A stretch of 64,000 bases of DNA. It comes from Chrysomallon squamiferum. Lineage: Eukaryota > Animalia > Mollusca. The notes under the pieces were generated by a model, which did not search any database, was not told the DNA's origin, and saw only the letters and a program-made list of their open reading frames with translations. Positions 42,313-57,125 of this stretch are shown here, piece after piece. A program made the translations under genes and the position numbers. Within the stretch, counting starts at the first letter, position 1. Every line of letters begins with the position of its first letter. Location: the NCBI GenBank assembly GCA_012295275.1, contig CM022670.1:25296001-25360000 (forward strand), written 5' to 3'.

Positions 42313-42347
<35 letters not shown>

Positions 42348-43658
42348 TCACAATAAAATAAGTGGGTTAAGTGGGAATGATAACAAAACATTTATAATCC
42401 TAAAAAAATGTCGACCAAGTTAAATTTTCAAACTGACTTGAAAGAGGCATTGAAAATAAATTAAATTTACGAAATTTCTTTTAGTTTTACATGATTATAT
42501 TTTTCTGTGTTTCAACTTGAAAAAAAAAAAAAATAAATAAATAAATAAAACACTCAGAAATAATATTATGGATAGTTACAAAATCATTCAAAACAGTATT
42601 ATACAACATTACAAACGCATTCAAAAATTATGTAGGACGTTACAAGAGAAGTAAACATTAATATTTTCAAAGCTATTAAAAAATCGTACGACACAAAAGT
42701 ATTATAAAACTTTATTATAGAATATTTCATAAAGCCTTCTAAAATTGTATCATACAATATTACCAAAATATTCAAAAGCTGCATTATAAAACATTATAGA
42801 AGTATTTTAAAAATCCTAATACTGTGATACAAATGTATTAAAAACCAACAACAAAAATGCTCTACTTTATTTCAGTCTTACAACATTACGATAGTAAGTA
42901 AACTAGGTAAACTACCAGGTCAGTTTGAGATTTTCTGAAGTAAACTAACAGTTTTAGTGGATCGGCTAATGGGTTTTTGTCTCGTACACTTCTGCTTCAG
43001 AGTTTTCACAGAAGACTAAAATAGTCCGTTATCTGGCGTAGCCTGAACTCTGTTTCAGGCCCCGTTCCATTTCTCTGGAATATGATTACTTAGCCACAGG
43101 TTTAGAAAAGAAATCTCAGAACTATATCATACGTTCATAAGGTAGAAATTTTACATTGTGACTATGTTTTGGAACTACAACCGTTAAATAGTATACATTT
43201 TTTATCATTCAGTATTGTAATGTTTTTTTCTTTTCAAGGAAACTTGTATTGTCTTGCAAGTATATATTCAACACATTATAATAATTTCTGAGTCTTACTT
43301 CTGTTCTGGTTCTGCTCTTGAGAACACTATTTATTTAAGAAGCAGTTTTTAAATCACTTAATCAGGCAACACTTCTAGATTAGTTACAAAAAGCAGCACA
43401 TTAATGAATTACACGTTCCACTTTTTATTCTGTTAATTAACGGACATAAAGATAAGCCTATGGCACGTCTAAAAGATAAGAGTAAAAAATAATTCTACGT
43501 TTCTTTTTCTTTTATCTTTTTTCTTTAAATAGCAGATTTATAAAAAGAAAAAAAAAATAATTTAAAAAAAAAAAAAAAGAAAACCAAAACAAAAAAAAAA
43601 AAGAAAAAAAAACGACTATGTGAGATTAATGACAACAACCAGAACAAAAAAAAAAAAA

Positions 43659-43703
<45 letters not shown>

Positions 43704-43920
43704 TAATAATAATAATAAAACAATGAAAAAATATATAATATCTATTTGTGTTGTTCACTTTGCATGCGTTTTGTTGTCATTTTTTTTTCTTTAAACATAT
43801 GTTATAAGAACATCCGCCAGCATTTTTGTTGATACTGGTTACTTGTGCATAAAGAAAATAATAATTTATTCACGCATGTTTATTCTGTATATACTTTTGT
43901 TATTTTATATATATATATAC

Positions 43921-43989
<69 letters not shown>

Positions 43990-43996
43990 TATAGAT

Positions 43997-44053
<57 letters not shown>

Positions 44054-44347
44054 AAGACAGACAGATAGATAACATTTAAAACATGTTATACAAATTGTAA
44101 GCACACCCGCCAAATGCACAGAAAAAAGACTAACATAATATTAACTAGAATACAACATGTATCATATTTATCTATTGGAATCTGAGAAAGGAAAATATAA
44201 AGCTGCTATTATTATTACCCTACCACAGCATCTACTACTAGTGCAAATTCAACTGTTACTATTGCTAGTGCGTCTATCCCTAGTACTGCTACCACATAAC
44301 TTAAAAGAAAAAAAAGAAATATATTATTCTTGTTGTTATTGTTGTTG

Positions 44348-44417
<70 letters not shown>

Positions 44418-44598
44418 CATGATGACTGTAGAGGATTTGTCGTCGCATACATCTTATTTTAAATCAGCTTACTTTTAACACTTAAACTCACCTTTTTCTG
44501 GTATCCATCTTGACCAGTGGAACATTGCTGCAGATGACGTCGTTGTCATGAAACAAATATAGCAACATCAGAACGAATAGCAACGTCTGCGGCTTCAT
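27584..44598 (-). CDS. Cys-loop (pentameric) ligand-gated ion channel subunit, GluCl/glycine-receptor-like anion channel family, 436 aa, 8 coding exons
   Basis: Minus-strand exons: 44598-44492, 32220-32147, 30970-30903, 30447-30227, 29995-29913, 29437-29294, 28524-28124, 27796-27584. All introns are GT-AG with matching phases; total 1311 nt = 436 aa + stop. Motifs: loop [12 protein letters not shown], Cys-loop [15 protein letters not shown], loop B ESFGF, loop-C disulfide [13 protein letters not shown] (GlyR/GluCl type), M1 [17 protein letters not shown]2 [21 protein letters not shown]2-M3 [15 protein letters not shown]4 [21 protein letters not shown]. Confidence 0.93.
32835..33135 (-). mobile_element. 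Decayed non-LTR retrotransposon (CR1/L2-like) reverse transcriptase fragment in receptor intron 1
   Basis: Minus-strand translation [42 protein letters not shown]...[18 protein letters not shown] follows the spacing of the CR1-type RT pattern ST...(D)xIYxDxSKAFDxV...GIxGxxLxWIxxFLSxRxQ, with in-frame stops. Confidence 0.45.
37618..37679. other. Near-perfect 62-nt hairpin (26-27 bp stem, 9-nt loop)
   Basis: GTCCCCTGGTGTAAAACGCTCCTTAT-AGCTGTGTA-ATAAGGAGTGTTTTTACACCAGGGGAC; one bulge and one G-T pair. Confidence 0.9.
38300..38490. mobile_element. Possible pair of decayed tRNA-derived SINE heads in opposite orientation
   Basis: Minus strand 38300-38370 has a GGTTTAAATC B-box-like motif after AGACGCTCGCCTC. 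Plus strand 38432-38490 reads TGGTTA...GGTTCTGTGATCGAATTCC. Both are degenerate with no intact cloverleaf. Confidence 0.3.
40220..40367. repeat. (TTG)n/(TTA)n trinucleotide microsatellite
   Basis: Directly visible. Confidence 0.95.
43906..44070. repeat. Compound microsatellite (TA)n(GATA)n(GACA)n
   Basis: Directly visible. Confidence 0.95.
44492..44598 (-). CDS. First coding exon (signal peptide) of the Cys-loop receptor, 12.3 kb upstream of exon 2
   Basis: ATG in AAAATGA context gives [35 protein letters not shown] (basic N-terminus plus hydrophobic core). It ends AG|GTGAGT in phase 2, matching the phase-2 start of the exon at 32220. Confidence 0.8.
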
Positions 44599-45716
44599 TT
44601 TCCATCAGCTACAGCGGTAGAGGAATCATCGTTGTTGTTTCGTCTTCGATCGTTTCTTCTTGGTTTTCGCCAATCTCCATGGGTCGTTGTGTGTTCGTAA
44701 ACCACTGTGTTAAAGGCGCTGGACGGATCCTATCGACACAGTTCGGTTGTTGTAAGAACCGGATACTCGAAAGTGTTGATACGAAATCAGTGATATCCTG
44801 GTACAGTTTAACACTTATTTCATTTTATTAACGAATATCCTGTACACATTTAACACTTACTCCATTTAACTGATTATTAATGCAGTATCGCGCCACAATA
44901 TAAAGTCCAGTCTTACGCTGTGTTTCGTGGCTAAAGTCTTACAATTAAAGCACTTTTGTTTATCCTGGTAGGTTTAAAAACATGAATAAGGCTGTTCTTT
45001 TTCAAACACTGCAAGAATTTTCAACCTTACCCTCTCTGTCCTCACTTTAATTGCATTTTTTATTACAAAATCGCGCTGATAAATCGAATCCAGATCTCTT
45101 ACAACAGTAGCTGGGAATAGCTATGCTACAGACTTTAAAACCATTGGATATTTTGCACTAACTTAGCACTTGGCTTTCGAACTGGAACGGCTCGTTTTTT
45201 CTTTTAGCGATTTGTTTTTTCTTTAAATTATATTTATTAAAACTATTTATAGCTTTGCTTCACACCAGTAATCACTTTTTAACTTCATTTAGAAGAATTC
45301 TGTACGAAAGAAATAAAAAAGAAGAGAAACGTTTATACATATACATAATCAATAAAAACGAACAGAGTTCCGATGCGAATGATCTCCCCAGGCCTCTCAA
45401 AAGTTCGCGTTTTATTTATTTGCTTCACATCGATTCACATTCACTAGTTGTGTGGACTTTCTATCTTTTTTTTTAACCTCTCTCTTCTTTTCTGAAGCAA
45501 GAATTTCGCTGTTCTGAACAAATACATACTTGAAAAGTCTTCAAGGTTTTCGCAGAGGCGCAGTTTTAAAAGGAGCGAGTGAACGTGAGATACAAACAAT
45601 CTGCACATAGGCGTGGATTGAATGAATGATGATTGCAGTATCTAATCAAGCTGTACAATCCGCATCGCTCACTTTCGTATTCTCGTGCTCCCCTCCGTCT
45701 TCTTCGCTCGCTACCC

Positions 45717-45801
<85 letters not shown>

Positions 45802-46078
45802 CCTTTCTTCTTGTTTGCATTTATTTTTTTATATTTTATATAATACATTTGGTATGTAATGTATAATTTATCATGAAAAAAGATTATATTTCCTGGGTCA
45901 GAAAAATGAGTGTATTATAATTTTGTCCATAACGAAAAAAAAAAGCTTAATACAGCCTTAAATGGAACGGAAAAACTCAGCAGCAACACCAGATAAGATT
46001 TGAATTTTTATTATTATTACTTATATATATCAAAGAAAAAATTTAAGGAATTTGATCATTTAAACTGTTTAAGTAGTA

Positions 46079-46133
<55 letters not shown>

Positions 46134-46422
46134 AAGTAAACTATTATAAAGATAAATGATGATCTGTACTATAATAATGACAATATACTTTCAAAATGTA
46201 TATGAATTAAATATAGCCTATATTCATATGCGTGTGTTTGTGTTTAATTTATAATATTCCGTTGTATGTTTAATTTTATTAATTTTTATTTTTATTTTTA
46301 TTCTTACTTAGTTATTATTAATATGTTGCGTATTCTGCGAACATAGCAACAGGTGCTCGTTGGAGGAGTTATTACCCTTAGACGGATGTGTCGTCACAGT
46401 GTTGTGGTCTGCCATCAAAACA
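44599..46422. promoter_or_regulatory. Head-to-head region holding the 5' UTRs and promoters of the receptor (-) and CHIC (+)
   Basis: The start codons diverge 1.8 kb apart and the region is locally richer in CpG. Transcription start sites cannot be determined from sequence. Confidence 0.6.
45717..45799. repeat. (CT)n microsatellite in the divergent intergenic region; (AAT)n at 46079-46131
   Basis: Directly visible. Confidence 0.95.
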
Positions 46423-49694
<3,272 letters not shown>

Positions 49695-52600
49695 CAGTGT
49701 ATATGATGTATTGACTGTTTTTCTCTTTCTCATACGCTGATCTCAAAAGAAATAATAATATGATGATGACTGAAGCTATTGACACAAGTAGCAGACACTA
49801 AGGTCTGAGCCGAATCTTCACTAACTGCATTAAATGAGTTTAATAAAAAAATATATATATATTAAAATAAAAAAATTACTTGCATTATTTACACCACAAA
49901 GACATAAACTGGCCATTTCAGTTAATAATCATGTTTTTATATGGTTTATATATTTTTTTTAAATATGGTTTTGTGCATAGTAATCTTGTGTTTATTATAA
50001 TTATTTTTGTTCTACTATGACCTGTTTTATTGCTAAGGTTAAATAGCATATTTTTTCTAGCTTTCCACTGAAACAAAATAAAATAAACAGGCATATACCA
50101 AGACACTCAAACAAAACACAGACACATGACATATTTGATATTTATTTTTCAGAGTTAACTAACTTTTACTAAGTTTTTTTAGCTTGATCTACAATTAATC
50201 TTATATATTATGGATGTATATATTTTCTTGAAGAATTTACACATATTTTGAATTTCAGAATTATTTTTAACACAAATTATTACTTTATTTTAATAATTTT
50301 GAAATATTTATCAACTTTTATGTAATGCTTTAATAATTATCTTGCATTTTAAAAATTGAAAGTTATTTATTTCTTTTTTCTGTGAAGATAAAGAGTGTTA
50401 ATTAACATGATTCAATTTAATGCCATGGGATATTATTTTAAACACAAGATTATTAATTAGGACAAATATATTTTTTATTATTATTATTATTTTTTTTTTT
50501 TAATCATATTTGGTTTGAATATTTTAATTTTTCAGTTTTTATTTTACATATTTAATATTAAATAAATAATAATAATAATAATAATGTTTTGTGAATTAAA
50601 GACCTTTACAAAAGGACAATCAGAATTCCTACATATGTTTATTATTATGGTTTTTGGAATATTTCAACTGTTTCATATATGGCATTAAAGTTAATTATCA
50701 TTTAAAAAAAAAAAAAAAAAGTCTTGCAACTTTTGTAATCATGAAAGATGTCAAAATTGTTATTTCTAATTACTTTTAAACTTCTTTTTTTTTCATATGT
50801 AAAATATTTATACAACAGAGCTAAGGTGCATTTATACGAGCAAACTCATCAATTTTATTTTATTTTATTTTTTGGTTGTTTAATGTCGAAGCTGTTTTTA
50901 TGAAAAATTGATAGCTTCGTATCAGTGTTTTGTTATTTATGATATTTGTTTTCTTTTTTAACAAGAAAAAATTAGCTAAATATAATTGTTTTTAGGTATT
51001 ATTTTTCTAACTTTGTGACATAAATGTATTTTTTTGCTAATTGAAAATGTTACTGTTCGACTTTAAATAAAATACATGAGGCAGAATATTTAAATTTTAA
51101 TTGGCAAATATGGAAATTAGTTTAAATAAACATTAAATAATCAATCTAATGCATTTTAATTATTGCACAGACTTGGCTTTAAAACTTAATACAAATGAGA
51201 TAATATTTAAATCTAATAACAAAGTTATTGTTGTTATAAAAAGCTTTATCATTTACTACTGAACATTCCAATGTACTTTATGGTGTAAATATTTTATTAA
51301 ATACTCAAATTTGTTTTAAAAAGAAAAAACAAAATGTTACCAAACATAATTTGGGAATTAAAACTGTTTTAATTTCTAGTCCCGAAGATGTATTTATTTG
51401 AAACATAGGTGAGTGCTTGTCTTGATGTGAGTTTGTGTTATGTTTGGAAAATTGGTCATACAGTATTGTATTGTTTTCTTCATATTAACAAGCACTTTTC
51501 AATCAATTATAATAAATTTCAAGCTGCTTATTTTATAATCAAAAGGATACATAAATCTTGAAGTTTATTAAAACAAAGCCAAAAATACTGTTGCATTTTA
51601 CTGTAATTTAAAATTAAGATCTGTTATAAGATATTTATTTATATTGATGAAATAAGTTTGCATACATTATAACTTTTATTGTTAATTAAAAATATAAACT
51701 GGGCATCACAAGTGGATGTTATTGTTAAAGTTACTTACATTCCATTCTTTATCTGTTAAAGTGTCTGTTTTATGTTAAATATATAAGCAAAGTAAACCAA
51801 GATAAACAACAAAGTATTCTATAATTCTTAATTTTATCTTTATTGTTGTCTGTCTTTCTGTGAAATATTTCCATACTTTATTTGTTACTCTATTTGTAGA
51901 ATTACTATTAAAATTTATCAGTTTCTTCAATAATTATTAAAAGTTTGTTATTTGTACAATTAGTGAAATGCTATTAAAATGTCCCTCCTTTTTATAATTT
52001 GTTTAAATCTTATCAAGTTATAATGTTATGCTGTTATCAATTGCTTAGTTTTCTTATTTGATGATAGTTCACATTTATTGTCTACTAAGTTCTATCATTA
52101 TTCTTCTGCAAATATAAATAATGCATAAATGCTGACAGCTGTAACAAAATACGAATTGTGCTTCATTGAAAGGACATTTTATATATATAATTATCTACAT
52201 CTTAAACTTTTAGATATAAACTGTAGTGGGAATAAGTAGTAAATTGCTGGATTCTATTATTGTTATTAAATGTTTCTTCATGATGACAGTTTTCAGACAT
52301 TTTAAAGGAAACAGATAAAAATATTAAAAGTTTTTACTGATTTGTGGGTTTCTGAGAGACCTGTTTTTGAATTTATTGTCTGATTTGATTTTAGACTGGT
52401 GTATTAACAATTCTTTTAAACAAAATATTTTATTACATAAAAATATTAAAATAATGTTGCTGTAATTACGCGCAAATTTTTGTACATACTTGTATATAAA
52501 CATCTGAAATGCTAATTTCAATGCAATGTTAATATACTCCATTGTTGTAAAAGAAAAGTATTAAATAAATTTTATTGCAGACATGTACAAACGTAATGTT

Positions 52601-52810
52601 TGATAAAGTTGACACTAATTTTTTATCACTATACGTTTTTATTCATGTAGATGTTGTTTTCTAAATACTTGTTTTATTTTTTCTGTTGAGCAGTTTTGCA
52701 GATCATAATGGACATAAAACAAAAAACAAAAAAAATGAACAAGTTCATAAGATAACTAGAAGAAGAATTTCTTTTCCTGCATTTTATACTGGGCAGGGTA
52801 TTCTAAATTT

Positions 52811-52879
<69 letters not shown>

Positions 52880-54828
52880 TTTTTTTTATTTTTTTTTTAT
52901 TTGTGAAATCTACAAAATATATTTAGATAAATTTATCATATACCATCACAAGTTCTGTAAACTTCATTAAGCTGACAGTAAAACAAACTTGTACATTTTT
53001 GATCATTTTGTATTAATATATTTCTTTTTATAGATGTTTTGATAAATATTTTATTATTCACTTAAAATTAATTTACTTTATTTAGTTATTTGTGAAGATT
53101 GTCTCATTTGTAAAAGTTGCTGGTGCCAAAAAGGTGTTGGGTAATGTTATTTGAGGCTTATAAAATTATATTTTATTTTGTTCACATTATAAATTAAATA
53201 TGTTAATAATAATGAACATTATAAATTAATTATTATTTAATAGAATTTTAAATGCTGCAGAGGAAAAACAGGAAAAATGTGTGGTGGGTATGTATGTATG
53301 TGTATATATATGTATGTGTGTATGTATGTATGTATATATATATATTCACAAACAAACTATAAATTATAATTTAAATAATAAATAATACTTATTACCAATA
53401 AAATCAAAATTTATCTTTTGTTATTAAGTAACTGGACTGATATTTTTACAGTAATAAGCTTGAAACAATTCAGAATTCTAATATTAAATTAAAAAATCTT
53501 TTTCACAAATAAAATATAAATGTATTTTTCCTCTGAATGGTATGTAGCTCATTCTTAATTTGGAAGTGTGCAGAAAAATTATATATGTAGCTGGGTCGAT
53601 AAATTCCTATAATGTAATCATAGCATCTAGTTTAGAATTTGAATAGGACAAAAATATAGATACATTACTCAGTTTGATGATGATGATTGTTTTATCCTAA
53701 AGAAACAAAGATTATGAATATTTCAATTGTAGACCTCACAATGAAAAATAGTAGGAAAACCAGGTTGTAGAATATATATATATATATATATTTTTTTTTT
53801 TTTAAAGCATTACATTGATTGTGAAGGAGGTGCTTAAATGTATTCAATAAATATTTCCATTATCATAGATACAGATTTATTCATGTTTAATAATTATGTT
53901 ATTTTTATCATATCAGAATAAAGTAAAATATATGATAGTTCATTTAATTAAAAATAAATATAACACTGGTGTTATTAATATCCATAAAACAATAATTGTG
54001 TTAGAAATCAGCCAGTTTAAAATATTTGTTAAAATATGGAAACTGCTGATAAACAAAATAATTTTATCCATTAGGGGGTTAAGTATAAATGCAAATTTTA
54101 AGCATCTAATGCTGCTGTATTTTGTAAATGAGATCTTTTTGTATCATTTTAATTCTGTTTCACTGCTTGCAAAATGGAATCTTCCAATATACATATATTC
54201 TGTTATATTTGATTTGTGGATTATTTTACTGGACTTTTTAAAAAAAAATGGTGGGGGGGTTGGGTTTTTTTTTTCAAGAATTATTATTATTATTTAAGCT
54301 TGTAAGAATAAGTTTGAAGTAACTGTGTACACAAGTAACTATATATAATTATTTTTTTCTTTTGTTTTGGAGACAGATGTTAAAAGTATTATAATTTATT
54401 TATTTTATTAACAAGAAATGTTGATTGTGTTTTACAATAGTATAGATGATTTTGTTTCTTTCATATAGATAAGAAAAACATTATTTCCTTCCTTATTTAT
54501 TTATTGATATATATGTGTTTTATTTTTATTTATTTATTTTTTATTTTTTTTTTATTTTTTATTTTTTTTTTTTTATTTATTTATTTTTTTTTGGTCTCAA
54601 TAAATTATGTCTTTCACATATTGTTTGCAAATATTTTTCATTATGCCATTGGTACGTGTGTTTTATTTTCTTCCATTACATCAAATATTTATTATTTTCT
54701 GGTATTTATTTCTTGTCTAAACATGGTCTTAACTGTGCCATTGTTAAAATGTCATAAACTGCATTGTTCAGATCATGTACTAACTGATGTTGGTTATCAT
54801 ATATTGAGTTTGCATGATGTAACATCAG

Positions 54829-54869
54829 AATAAATCAATATTAAGAAAATCATTTTGTGTTTGTTTTTT
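54829..54869 (+). terminator. Candidate distal polyadenylation signal of CHIC
   Basis: AATAAA at 54829-54834 followed about 20 nt later by GU/U-rich TTTTGTGTTTGTTTTT, ending a 5-kb T-rich UTR-like tract about 300 bp before the GATB ATG. Confidence 0.5.
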
Positions 54870-55168
54870 ATTTAACTGAATAATGAAAGAATAATCAATA
54901 ATAGAATACCTAGACATCTTATTGTTTTATGCTAAGCTAAAAGTGACAGTCTTAACAATTTAAAAAAGAGAAATGAATATATATTGCAGCATAATTTTTT
55001 TTCACTTTTATTATTATTATTTTTTTTTTTTTTTAAATATTCCAACGAACAGGTACTCCTGTATTACACTCTTCCTTTTATTATCAAATTTAACGAGCAT
55101 TAACTTATTTGAGGAGTATATTTTGTAACAAGGGGAATAACTTTAATTTAACGTGAACACATTGGAAA

Positions 55169-55474
55169 ATGTCTCGTTTACCCTGGAGATTGTGTGGATG
55201 TTGTTCGCAATATCATTTTAGATCGTATAGCTCAGCTGTCAGACAGACAAGGTATTATTTTATTTTCCTCCATCATATGCATCCATCTTTCCTACTTGTT
55301 TCTTATGTAAACTACTAGTGCTTCTTCGTAATAGCATGAATGATGAAAACTACATTCATTCAGTTAAAAGGTGGTATTAATATTATTATAGCTTTGACCG
55401 AATCATAGAGCATATGTGAATTTTTAAAAATGGATAAATTTTACTTACTTATTTATTTATTATTAATATTTGGA

Positions 55475-55520
<46 letters not shown>

Positions 55521-55796
55521 TTTACAAATTCTATTTTTCTTTTCTTTTTACGTTTCCTAAAAGCATTTGTATACATTACTGACAGCTAACAAGTTTTAAC
55601 TAATTTTATTATGCAGGCCAACCAAGTGGAAAAGTGTTATAGGACTTGAGATCCATGCACAAATACAATCAAAAAGTAAACTGTTCTCAGGATCATCAGC
55701 GAAGTATGGTCAACCAGTCAATACAAATGTTGCTTTCCTAGATGCAGCATTGCCAGGGACTTTACCTGTAAGTTAATACATCTGAAGAAATTATCT

Positions 55797-55829
<33 letters not shown>

Positions 55830-57086
55830 TTAATAAGAATAGTAATAATAATAAAAAGAAAGAAATGTTTAAAAAGTCAGAGCTTTCTTCATATCTCTGA
55901 CATTGCCTGGTACCTGTTAATCATCCATAAAATTTTACATTCCTTCATTCAGATAAATAATCAAAATTAGAGATAAATATGTTCTGAGAACAAATCACTA
56001 ATATAAATTGCTTATGTCTTTGATCTAAGCTGATTTTTGATTCACAGAAAATATCTATTTAATGATCATTTCAATAAAATGATCTGTTTTGAGAGTTCTT
56101 TGCGACAGCTCTCAAAGGAATCTTAGAGATATACAAGAATGTCTTGAGTTAGAAGCAAACAAAATTATGATAGTCTTAATACAAACCATCATATCGCTAA
56201 ATTAAATGTATTGTGATATTTTCAGGTCCTCAATAAAAAATGTGTAGAAGCAGGAGTACTCACAGCTCTTGCTCTGAAATGCAAGATAAATCGAATATCA
56301 AAGTTTGACAGGAAACACTATTTTTATGCAGATTTACCTGTGAGAATGATATTTTAAAATTAATATTAGAATATAATGATATTGTTAAAATTAATATTAG
56401 AACATAATGATATTTTTAAATTTAATATTAGAATATAATGATATTTTTAAATTTAATATTAGAATATAATGATATTTTTAAAATTAATATTAGAATATAA
56501 TGATATTTTGATATTAATATTAGAATATAAAAATGTCGAAATTTAATAACATTATTTTTAAAAGCTTACATTTCTAGTAGAAATTCTTATATGACCAAAT
56601 AATGCCATAAATATTTTTGAAATAAAAATGTATTTTAAACTTAAGTTGTATATTTATTGAACTTAAAGTTTAACATTAAAATATCATAATAATATTATTA
56701 TTGTCATTATATTATTTCCTGCCATTTGTTGTGCATTTAAAAGCTTCATAACAAAAATATATATCTATTTTTGTTCTTTTCTTGTGACTCACATTAGGCT
56801 GGTTACCAAATAACTCAGCAACGGCAACCTTTAGCTGTTGGTGGAGAGTTGACCTATGTGAACTTGAACCCAACTGTGCACAAAGAGCCAACCAAGAAGA
56901 AAGCCAAACTGGTTCAGATTCAGCTAGAGCAGGACAGTGGGAAAAGTCTGCATGATGAAGAAGAAAAACTGAGTCTCATTGATCTCAACAGAGCAGGTGT
57001 ATATTTTGTATATATTTTATATAGCTTCTCAAGTGTAATTATTATACCTAATGGTTTTTTAATCACTAAAAATATAGAGAGAGATT

Positions 57087-57125
<39 letters not shown>

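Noticed and set aside
27584-44598. Cephalopod chemotactile receptor
   Set aside because: Those derive from nicotinic acetylcholine receptors; this subunit has GlyR/GluCl-type M2, M2-M3 and loop-C disulfide features.
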